Below, one piece after another: positions 27,665 through 35,321 of a DNA stretch of 38,305 nt. Source of the stretch: Sphingomonadales bacterium UBA658 (GTDB lineage: Bacteria > Pseudomonadota > Alphaproteobacteria > Sphingomonadales > Sphingomonadaceae); NCBI GenBank assembly GCA_002299195.1, contig DBOA01000174.1:1-38305 (forward strand), read 5' to 3'. Every line of letters starts with the position of its first letter. The first letter of the stretch is position 1. The translations under genes were made by a program, and so were the position numbers. The notes under the pieces are model-generated. The model worked only from the letters and a program-made list of their open reading frames with translations, had not been told where the DNA came from and did not search any database.

Positions 27665-29248
27665 TTAGAACTTAAGCGCCTTTACTGTCCTCACGCCAGG
27701 CAGCGAGCCCAGTTGCTCAAGAACTGTTTTGGGAATCGCAGCATCCATCGACAGCAGCAGAACCGCCTCGCCACCTGCACTGCGGCGACCCAAATGGAAG
27801 GTGCCGATATTCAAGTCAGCCGCGCCCAATGTCGTACCGACACGGCCAATGAAACCCGGTGCATCTTCGTTTACGATATACAGCATGTTGCCTTCGAGCT
27901 CAGCTTCAAGGCTGATGCCGAAAATCTCGACAAGCCGCGCTTCGCTGTTGGCGAACAATGTGCCTGCAACCGAACGTGGGCCTTGCGCGGTGTTCACCGT
28001 GACACGCACCAATGTGTGATAGGCACCCGCCTTGTCATGGCGGACTTCACGGATATCAAATCCGCGTTCTTTTGCCAAAAACGGTGCGTTGACCATGTTC
28101 ACCGCGTCCGAAAAACGCCTCATGAAACCGGATAAAACGGCTGCGGTAATTGGCTTGATATTCAATTCAGCTGCAGCGCCCTCAACCTCAATCGCGATGT
28201 TATCCAGATTGTCGTGCGCAAGCTGGCCAACCAGCGAACCCAGCTTTTGCGCCAAAGTCATATATGGCTTTAACTTGGGTGCTTCTTCTGCAGACAGGCT
28301 GGGCATGTTGAGCGCATTGGTCACGCCGCCATTGACGAGATAATCCGTCATCTGTTCCGCAACTTGCAGCGCAACATTGACCTGCGCTTCGTTGGTTGAT
28401 GCACCCAAATGCGGGGTGCAGATGAAGTTTGGTGTGCCAAACAATGGCGATTCCTTCGCAGGCTCGGTTGCGAACACGTCGAGCGCAGCGCCGCCAACTT
28501 GGCCGCTGTCCAACGCTTCTTTCAACGCGGCTTCATCGACCAAGCCACCGCGCGCGCAGTTGATGATGCGCACACCCTTTTTGGTTTTCGCCAAATTTTC
28601 TTTGGACAGGATATTGCGCGTCTGATCGGTCAACGGCGTGTGCAAGGTGATGAAATCAGCCTTGGCCAGCAATGTGTCCAAGTCCGCCTTTTCCACGCCC
28701 ATTTCAATGGCGCGTTCCGCCGTCAGGAACGGGTCAAAGGCAACGACCTTCATACGCAGGCCAAGCGCGCGGCTTGCGACGATGGAACCGATATTCCCTG
28801 CGCCGATCAGGCCCAGTGTCTTGCCGGTGACTTCAACGCCCATGAAGCCGTTTTTCGGCCAGAGGCCAGCTTGTGTCTGCGCGTTTGCTTCTGGCAATTC
28901 GCGTGCCAGTGCGAACATCAATGCAATCGCATGTTCAGCAGTGGTGATCGAGTTACCGAACGGCGTGTTCATGACAACAACGCCCTTTGCCGAGGCATTC
29001 GGGATATCCACATTGTCGACGCCAATACCCGCACGGCCAATCACCTTCAGGTTGGTGGCAGCGTCTAGTATGGCCTTCGTGACCTTGGTTGAGCTGCGAA
29101 TGGCAAGGCCATCATAATCGCCGATGATGGCGGCGAGCTCTTCAGGGCTTTTGTCGGTGATGACATCAACGTCACAGCCGCGTTCTGCGAAAATCTTCGC
29201 TGCGTTGGGATCCATTTTGTCGGAGATAAGTACGCGTGGTTTCGTCAT
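27665..29248 (-). CDS. serA: D-3-phosphoglycerate dehydrogenase (with ASB and ACT domains)
   Basis: RAGIGVDN, GAGNIG, NCARGG, DVF..EP, TPHLGAST, C-terminal ACT domain. Confidence 0.97.
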   Translation of the reverse strand: MTKPRVLISDKMDPNAAKIFAERGCDVDVITDKSPEELAAIIGDYDGLAIRSSTKVTKAILDAATNLKVIGRAGIGVDNVDIPNASAKGVVVMNTPFGNSITTAEHAIALMFALARELPEANAQTQAGLWPKNGFMGVEVTGKTLGLIGAGNIGSIVASRALGLRMKVVAFDPFLTAERAIEMGVEKADLDTLLAKADFITLHTPLTDQTRNILSKENLAKTKKGVRIINCARGGLVDEAALKEALDSGQVGGAALDVFATEPAKESPLFGTPNFICTPHLGASTNEAQVNVALQVAEQMTDYLVNGGVTNALNMPSLSAEEAPKLKPYMTLAQKLGSLVGQLAHDNLDNIAIEVEGAAAELNIKPITAAVLSGFMRRFSDAVNMVNAPFLAKERGFDIREVRHDKAGAYHTLVRVTVNTAQGPRSVAGTLFANSEARLVEIFGISLEAELEGNMLYIVNEDAPGFIGRVGTTLGAADLNIGTFHLGRRSAGGEAVLLLSMDAAIPKTVLEQLGSLPGVRTVKALKF

Positions 29249-29273
29249 GTTGAAATTCCTATATGTCTTTCGT

Positions 29274-29364
29274 CGTCATCCCGACTGATCGGGGATCGAT
29301 GGACTGAAATGTCGGCTTGCGCGGGTATGTAAGTTCGCGGATTCCCGCATGCGCGGGAATGGCA
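29274..29364. repeat. Degenerate REP-like palindromic repeat pair (GTCAT-CCCG type)
   Basis: Left arm CGTCATCCCGACTGATCGGGGATC; right arm GGATTCCCGCATGCGCGGGAATGGCA with stem ATTCCCGC/GCGGGAAT. Resembles the GTCATTCCCGCGnAGGCGGGAATC repeats widespread in proteobacteria. Confidence 0.7.
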
Positions 29365-29374
29365 CGGGTGGGAT

Positions 29375-30499
29375 TTAAGCTTTGGCTTTCTTATAAGCCC
29401 AATCGAGCCAAGGGCCGAGCGCTTCAATATCTGCGGTGTCGACAGTGGCGCCGCACCAAATACGCAGGCCCGCAGGCGCATCGCGATATCCGGCGATGTC
29501 ATAAGCCGCATCTTCCGCCTCAAGCAGTGACGCCATTTTCTTGATCATGGCTTCGTCCGCACCCTCAACGGTCAGGCACACCGACGTCGTTGACCGAATA
29601 GCAGGGTCAGCGGCGAGAAAGCCGAAATAGTCACGTGCCTCAACGATTTTTGCGAGCGCAGCAGCATTGGCATTGCTGCGGCCCATAAGACCCTGCAAAC
29701 CGCCAATGGTTTTCGCCCATTCAAGCGCGAAGATCACATCTTCCACCGCAAGCATCGATGGCGTGTTAATCGTTTCGCCCTTGAAGATGCCTTCGACGAG
29801 TGCGCCTTTCGACATCAAGCGGAAAACTTTTGGAAGCGGCCATGCCGGCGTGTAATTTTCAAGCCGCTCAACAGCGCGCGGTCCGAGAATGAGCACGCCA
29901 TGTGCCCCTTCACCGCCGAGCACTTTTTGCCAGCTGAACGTTGTGACATCCAGCTTGTCCCATGGCATATCATAGGCAAACACCGCCGACGTCGCATCGG
30001 TGAAGGTCAGGCCTTCACGGTCATCGGCAATCCAGTCGCCATTTGGAACGCGCGCACCTGAAGTGGTGCCGTTCCATGTGAAAACCACGTCGTTGGAAAA
30101 ATCTACCGCGCTCAGGTCAGGAATTTCGCCATAGGGCGCGTTCATGACGGTCGCATTCAGCTTGAGCTGCTTGTTGACGTCTGTGACCCAGCCCTCACCA
30201 AAGCTTTCCCACGCCATCATTGTGACCGGGCGTGCGCCAAGCATGGTCCACATCGCCATTTCGATTGCGCCGGTATCCGAACCGGGGACGATGCCAATGC
30301 GATGCGTGTCAGGGACCTGAAGCACTTCGCGCATCAGATCGATCGCCAGTTGAAGGCGCGATTTGCCGATTTTCGCACGATGCGAACGGCCAAGCGATTC
30401 AGTTTGAAGTTTTTCGGGGCTCCAGCCTGGCGGTTTAGCACAGGGACCGGATGAAAAATATGGACGCGCCGGTTTAACGGCGGGGGGTACTATAGTCAT
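29375..30499 (-). CDS. serC: Phosphoserine aminotransferase (alphaproteobacterial/Methanosarcina type)
   Basis: [40 protein letters not shown] (PLP lysine), [10 protein letters not shown] at 30499 follows AAGGAG. Confidence 0.96.
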   Translation of the reverse strand: MTIVPPAVKPARPYFSSGPCAKPPGWSPEKLQTESLGRSHRAKIGKSRLQLAIDLMREVLQVPDTHRIGIVPGSDTGAIEMAMWTMLGARPVTMMAWESFGEGWVTDVNKQLKLNATVMNAPYGEIPDLSAVDFSNDVVFTWNGTTSGARVPNGDWIADDREGLTFTDATSAVFAYDMPWDKLDVTTFSWQKVLGGEGAHGVLILGPRAVERLENYTPAWPLPKVFRLMSKGALVEGIFKGETINTPSMLAVEDVIFALEWAKTIGGLQGLMGRSNANAAALAKIVEARDYFGFLAADPAIRSTTSVCLTVEGADEAMIKKMASLLEAEDAAYDIAGYRDAPAGLRIWCGATVDTADIEALGPWLDWAYKKAKA

Positions 30500-30501
30500 G
30501 T

Positions 30502-30548
30502 AAGCTTCTCCTTGCAGAGAGCAGCGCGGCGTTGGGACCGCGTGGCCC
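30502..30548 (-). ncRNA. serC leader cis-regulatory RNA motif
   Basis: Minus strand GGGCCACGCGGUCCCAACGCCGCGCUGCUCUCUGCAAGGAGAAGC directly upstream of serC. The CCCAAC loop and the CUCUCUGCAAGGAG hairpin over the RBS match the alphaproteobacterial serC leader as I recall it. Confidence 0.8.
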
Positions 30549-30555
30549 GGAGCCG

Positions 30556-30583
30556 CGTTTAAGCGCAGCCCCGGCTTTGTCAA
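30556..30583 (-). promoter_or_regulatory. Putative sigma70 promoter of the serC operon
   Basis: TTGACA-N16-TAAACG immediately upstream of the serC leader. Confidence 0.5.
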
Positions 30584-30602
30584 TGACTATCGCAAAATGT
30601 GA

Positions 30603-30923
30603 TCAGTAACCGGCCTTACGAAACAAAACTTCGCCGCGGCGACCAACATATAGTTTCTCCAGCGTTACAGGGTGGAAATAGGCTTCGACACGGTCGCCTT
30701 CTGGCGTTGTGCCGTACACTTCATAGCAACCACCATCGACCTTTGCCTTGCGGACGGTCCAGCCTTCCTTGGTAAGTTTATCGGTAAGTGCCTGTTGGCT
30801 TTTCCAACCCGAAACCGGTCCAGCCTTACAGGTGATAACGCCGGTTGCCGATGCAGGCACCGATGCAAAAGCAATTGCGGTCGCTGCGGCGAGTGAAAGT
30901 GAGGTCAATAAACGCATATTCAT
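30603..30923 (-). CDS. Secreted PepSY domain protein (PepSY_2 type, two Cys)
   Basis: Signal peptide ending ASA; GWTVRKAKVDGGCYEVYG..GDRVEAYFHPVT; ATGA overlap with the upstream gene; AAGGAG RBS. Confidence 0.88.
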   Translation of the reverse strand: MNMRLLTSLSLAAATAIAFASVPASATGVITCKAGPVSGWKSQQALTDKLTKEGWTVRKAKVDGGCYEVYGTTPEGDRVEAYFHPVTLEKLYVGRRGEVLFRKAGY

Positions 30924-31507
30924 GCTCCTTTAAATGCAGATTTACGGGGAAGAAAAAAGCGGGCCGCCACGAGCAAGGCCAATGGCGCGAAATGAACGAG
31001 CGCTGGGCCTAGATTATTGTGGATGAATATCCAGTGTACCAGAACAAGCAAGGCAGCGGGATATACAAGGCGTTGCAGCCGCTTCCATCCCGCTTTCAGC
31101 GCGCGCATCGATGCATCATTACTGGTCAGCGCGAGCGGGATAAACAACAGCATGGCCGCCCAGCCCGTCCAGATACCCAGCGCCAGAAATTCGGCAATGA
31201 TGTCTTCAAAATTGCCCATGTCGATAAGGTAGAAAGCCAAATGCAGCACCGCATAAGCGAATGCAGCGACACCCAGCGCACGGCGGCGCTGGATCAACCA
31301 ACTGAGCCACGGGCGTGGCCCCAACAATGACAACAACGGACTTAAAACCATCGCGACAATCATAAAACGCGCGGACCATTCGCCTGTCGGATGCAGCATA
31401 TCCATCGCGATGCGGTCACCCGCATAGAAGCTGCGCATCATCAATATCGCTGGCACAGACAGCAATATCCAAAACACCCACTTCTTATTAAGAATGATTC
31501 GCAACAT
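30920..31507 (-). CDS. Ferric reductase-like transmembrane heme b protein (MsrQ/YedZ family)
   Basis: TGEWS, RRRALGV..F.YAVLH, PLALTSN, WKRLQRLVY, VHW motifs. Confidence 0.88.
   Translation of the reverse strand: MLRIILNKKWVFWILLSVPAILMMRSFYAGDRIAMDMLHPTGEWSARFMIVAMVLSPLLSLLGPRPWLSWLIQRRRALGVAAFAYAVLHLAFYLIDMGNFEDIIAEFLALGIWTGWAAMLLFIPLALTSNDASMRALKAGWKRLQRLVYPAALLVLVHWIFIHNNLGPALVHFAPLALLVAARFFLPRKSAFKGA
31489..31503 (-). promoter_or_regulatory. Fur-box-like 7-1-7 site TGCGAAT-C-ATTCTTA within the first codons of the MsrQ-like gene
   Basis: Close to the TG(C/A)GAAT-n-ATTC(G/T)CA form of the Fur box; an extra half-site ATTCGCG lies at 31510-31516. Confidence 0.45.
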
Positions 31508-31641
31508 GCATTCGCGATAATCGCGCCAGCCACTGTGCGCAACGCGGAAATTGAATCAATATCCACGCCTTTGCCGCCATATGACTTCCATTTGGTCGAT
31601 TTGGGGCTGCACACCGCTGAGATTTCGCTATTACATCTTAC

Positions 31642-32301
31642 ATGGCCGTCGTCACTGCTCCAAGAATTCTGCTTGTCGCGAGCGCGCTGTTGTTGGCGTC
31701 TTGCAGCGCGCGTGAGGCCCCGAAAACGACACGCACGGGTGCAAACGCAACAACGGAAAATGCGCGGCAGTGCATGGCGGGTTTAAAAGAAAAATCAGTC
31801 CGCTTTGCCGGTTTGCCCAACAAAAGTTTTGACGGCGGGTGCCGCACGATCGACACGGTCAAGCTCATGGATTTTGGCACGCCGGCCACCAATTTGGGGG
31901 CGATGACGTGCCCGCTGGCCGCCAATTTTACCGATTGGGCACGTTATGCCGTGCGCCCCGCCGCCAAGCAATATTTGGGCGCTGAGGTCGTCCGTATCGA
32001 AACAATGGGCACATTCAATTGCCGGAACATCTATGGGATGCGTTCGGGCAAATTATCAGAACATGCCTTTGCCAATGCAGTAGACGTCTCGGCGTTTGTT
32101 TTGCGCGACGGCCGCCGGGTGTCCGTGCACACAGGCTGGAACGGATCAAGCGAAGAACGCGCCTTCCTGCGCCGTCTGCACCAGTCCGCCTGCAAAAGGT
32201 TCGGCACTGTGCTTGGCCCCGATTATAACGCTGCGCATGCCAACCATTTTCACTTGGACATGGCCCGATCGATGCGCAACGGTACATCCTTTTGTCGATG
32301 A
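31642..32301 (+). CDS. Extensin-like C-terminal domain lipoprotein (Hedgehog/DD-peptidase-like fold)
   Basis: Lipobox LASC; GTFNCRN, SEHAFANAVD, SACKRFGTVLGPDYNAAHANHFHLD. Confidence 0.9.
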   Translation: MAVVTAPRILLVASALLLASCSAREAPKTTRTGANATTENARQCMAGLKEKSVRFAGLPNKSFDGGCRTIDTVKLMDFGTPATNLGAMTCPLAANFTDWARYAVRPAAKQYLGAEVVRIETMGTFNCRNIYGMRSGKLSEHAFANAVDVSAFVLRDGRRVSVHTGWNGSSEERAFLRRLHQSACKRFGTVLGPDYNAAHANHFHLDMARSMRNGTSFCR

Positions 32302-32341
32302 GGGGTGGCAGAACACGCCCTTGCACCCTATATACAGGGTA

Positions 32342-33208
32342 ATGACAGACACAAAAATTAACGATCGCCGCTTCTACAAGGCACAACAAGAAGCCGACTT
32401 TGCTGAACAGCAACTCTCCACCCCGCAAACGCAAAGCAAGTCGTACCGGCTCGCATTTCAGGACACCGACTTCCTGTTGCGTGAAGATTTGCGCCCCGTC
32501 CGTTTCCAGCTGGAACTGCTCAAAACCGAAATGCTGCTGGACGAGGCCAACATCGGATCCATGTTGGTCATCTACGGCTCTGCGCGCATTCCCGAAGCCG
32601 ATGCTGCAGATGCCTTGATCGCGGCGGCAACCGATGAGCGGTCGAAAATCATTGCCGAACGCATGAAGGAAAAGGCGCGTTTCTACGACGAATCCCGCCA
32701 TCTTGCGCAGCTGGCGGGACAAGCCAATGTGACGGACGAAGACGGTCGGCGCCATTTCGTGGTATGTTCGGGTGGCGGCCCATCCATCATGGAAGCCGCC
32801 AACCGCGGCGCGCATGACGTTGGCGCGGAATCCGTTGGCCTAAATATCGTGCTGCCGCATGAGCAGGCGCCAAATCTGTTTGTGACGCCGCGATTGAGTT
32901 TCCAGTTCCACTATTTCGCGTTGCGCAAAATGCACTTCTTGCTGCGCGCACGTGCCGTGGCGGTGTTCCCCGGTGGCTTTGGTACGTTCGACGAATTCTT
33001 CGAACTGCTCACGCTTGTCCAAACCGGCAAGATCAAAAAGATGCCGATCCTGCTCTTTGGTCGCGCATTCTGGAACCGTGTTGTGAATTTTGAGGAGCTT
33101 ATGCTCGAGGGCGTCATCAGCCCACGTGATCTGGAACTTTTCCAGTTTGTAGAAACCGCAGAAGAAGCATGGAATGCTATCTGCGATTTCTACGAAGTCT
33201 CAAACTGA
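32342..33208 (+). CDS. LOG family protein (TIGR00730, Rossmann-fold nucleotide phosphoribohydrolase, type II-like)
   Basis: YGSARI, SGGGPSIMEAANRGA, LPHEQ, RKMHF, FPGGFGTFDE. Start moved to ATG at 32342 to avoid overlap with the extensin gene. Confidence 0.92.
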   Translation: MTDTKINDRRFYKAQQEADFAEQQLSTPQTQSKSYRLAFQDTDFLLREDLRPVRFQLELLKTEMLLDEANIGSMLVIYGSARIPEADAADALIAAATDERSKIIAERMKEKARFYDESRHLAQLAGQANVTDEDGRRHFVVCSGGGPSIMEAANRGAHDVGAESVGLNIVLPHEQAPNLFVTPRLSFQFHYFALRKMHFLLRARAVAVFPGGFGTFDEFFELLTLVQTGKIKKMPILLFGRAFWNRVVNFEELMLEGVISPRDLELFQFVETAEEAWNAICDFYEVSN

Positions 33209-33218
33209 CTTAAACTGA

Positions 33219-33848
33219 TTACTTTGCAGCAGGTGCCGCTGGTGCTGGCGCTGCGGCATCAGCCGCGGGCGCTGCAGCTGCTTCACCGGTTGCTGCATCA
33301 GCCGCAGGTGCTGCGGCGTCGGCTGCTGGTGGCGTTGGCAACGGCAGGTTTGAACCCTGCGAATTGAGATACGCGATCAAATTTGCGCGTTCTTCGGGGT
33401 TACCCAAACCAGCAAAAGTCATCTTTGTGCCGGGCGCATATTTCTTAGGGTTGGCAAGCCACTTGTCCATGCCTTCAAAGTCCCAGTTGCCGGGAACGCT
33501 TTTCAGCGCATCCGAATAGGAAAAGCCTGCAACATGGCCGTGTGATTTACCCATCGTAGCCCACAAATTTGGGCCAATTCCATTTGGTCCACCTTGCGCA
33601 ATGGTGTGGCAAGCTGCGCATTTTTTGAAAACCGCTTCGCCCTTTGCAACATCAGCAGTGGCAAGCAATGTTGCAATCGGCACAGCCGCAGCACCACCAG
33701 CTTCGCCGCCAGCTTCCGCTGCAACTGCAAAACCTTCTTTTTCAGGCGCTTCACCGTGGAAGTACATGCCCGATACGATACTTAGTCCGAGCGCGACGAT
33801 GCCGCCTGCCAAAACCCAGCCTGCAATTGTGTTACTACGATCATCCAT
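33219..33848 (-). CDS. Membrane-anchored cytochrome c (CycM/c2 family)
   Basis: N-terminal TM helix, CAACH heme motif, GPNL, PGTKM; Ala/Pro-rich tail. Confidence 0.95.
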   Translation of the reverse strand: MDDRSNTIAGWVLAGGIVALGLSIVSGMYFHGEAPEKEGFAVAAEAGGEAGGAAAVPIATLLATADVAKGEAVFKKCAACHTIAQGGPNGIGPNLWATMGKSHGHVAGFSYSDALKSVPGNWDFEGMDKWLANPKKYAPGTKMTFAGLGNPEERANLIAYLNSQGSNLPLPTPPAADAAAPAADAATGEAAAAPAADAAAPAPAAPAAK

Positions 33849-33994
33849 TGGTTATCAGCCCTGAAATGCGGTTTTAATCCGGCGTCCGTCTGACGGCCGG
33901 ATTCTCAGGCCCCTCTAATAGTGTCAGTAAGGCCGTGCAAGTGTCCAATTCCAGACTTGCCGGATAAGTTTGGCTATCCTATCGCGATGGCCAT

Positions 33995-34888
33995 ATGAAC
34001 AGTTACCCCGCACCCGCACTCGCACTTGTCAGAACCATGGCTTTAGCTGCGCATGAACAGCCTGCAAAAGCGATTGCCTTTCAAGGTGCGCCCGGCGCGA
34101 ATTCCCATCTTGCCGCGTTGGAATATGATGCGGATTGCTTGCCCCTGCCCTGTTTCTCGTTCGAAGATGCCATTGACGCCGTGAAAGACGGGTCTGCGAC
34201 CAGGGCGATTATTCCGATTGAAAATTCACTGCATGGCCGCGTGGCGGACATCCATTTTCTTCTGCCGGAATCTGGCCTCAGCATCATCGCCGAGCATTTC
34301 ATGCCGATCCGCCATTGCCTGATGGCGAAATCCGCCGAGGCGGAATTGAAAACAGCCATGAGCCACCCGCAGGCGCTTGGCCAATGCCGCCATTATCTGC
34401 GTTCGCATGGTATTATTCCGGTCGCTTATGCAGACACGGCCGCTGCGGCGGCTTTTGTTGCGGCCAATGATGACGCGTCGGCCGCCGCCATAGCGCCGCC
34501 CATTGCCGCTGAGCTATATGGCCTTGTCCCGATCAACGACGGTGTTCAGGATGATGCGAGCAATACGACGCGATTTGTCGTGTTGTCGCGTGAGCCTGTG
34601 AGCAACGTCGGGATGACGGGCACGCTGATGACGACGCTCATCTTTGAAGTGAAGAATGTCCCTGCAGCGTTATACAAGGCGATGGGCGGCTTTGCGACCA
34701 ATGGCGTCAATATGACCAAGCTGGAAAGCTATCAAAACGGCGCAAGCTTTGCCGCGACCGAATTTTTTGCGGATATCGAAGGCGCGCCGGGTGACCCAGC
34801 CGTTGACCGCGCGCTGGATGAGCTGCGCTTTCATTGCAACTCGGTCCGCCTGCTCGGCACATATGTGCAAACCCGCAATCGCGGCTGA
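33995..34888 (+). CDS. pheA: Prephenate dehydratase
   Basis: FQGAPGANS, IPIENS, SHPQALGQC, NTTRF, ACT domain NMTKLES. Confidence 0.95.
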   Translation: MNSYPAPALALVRTMALAAHEQPAKAIAFQGAPGANSHLAALEYDADCLPLPCFSFEDAIDAVKDGSATRAIIPIENSLHGRVADIHFLLPESGLSIIAEHFMPIRHCLMAKSAEAELKTAMSHPQALGQCRHYLRSHGIIPVAYADTAAAAAFVAANDDASAAAIAPPIAAELYGLVPINDGVQDDASNTTRFVVLSREPVSNVGMTGTLMTTLIFEVKNVPAALYKAMGGFATNGVNMTKLESYQNGASFAATEFFADIEGAPGDPAVDRALDELRFHCNSVRLLGTYVQTRNRG

Positions 34889-34992
34889 ACGGGCCTAACC
34901 GCCCAGCCTTTCGATGGTGTCACTGCCATTTCATCCAGCGGACGCTGGTTGAATCTCTATTCGTGCCGGAATGATGCCAGTCGCATGCAACA

Positions 34993-35018
34993 GGAACCCA
35001 AAACTGTTTTCGCGCGTT
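34993..35018 (+). promoter_or_regulatory. EcfG/SigT general-stress promoter GGAAC-N17-CGTT
   Basis: GGAAC at 34993-34997 and CGTT at 35015-35018, 28 nt before the DUF2171 start. Confidence 0.8.
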
Positions 35019-35046
35019 AGCTTAGCTCAATCATAAGGAGTTACGC

Positions 35047-35301
35047 ATGGCCGACCTATCGCAGATCAAAGAACATGCCGAAGTTATCGGGGCCGATGGC
35101 GTCCATGTTGGCACCGTTGATGGCATTGATGGCAACCGCATCAAGCTGACCAAGAGAGATTCAGGCCAGGGCAGCCATAAAGGGCACCATCATTATATCG
35201 ATGGCGGACTGGTCGCCATGGTTGAAGACGGCACAGTCCGGTTGTCGGCAAATGCGGACGTTGCCGTCACTTTTGAGCAAGAGGAAGACGACAAAAGCTG
35301 A
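35047..35301 (+). CDS. DUF2171 domain protein
   Basis: IKEHAEVIGADGVHVGTVD..RIKLTKRDS..HHHYI; AAGGAG RBS. Confidence 0.92.
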   Translation: MADLSQIKEHAEVIGADGVHVGTVDGIDGNRIKLTKRDSGQGSHKGHHHYIDGGLVAMVEDGTVRLSANADVAVTFEQEEDDKS

Positions 35302-35321
35302 GGGCACAGGGCGGCGGCGTC

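Noticed and set aside
33219-33345. Repetitive GCT/GCA-rich tract
   Set aside because: Encodes the Ala/Pro-rich cytochrome c tail.
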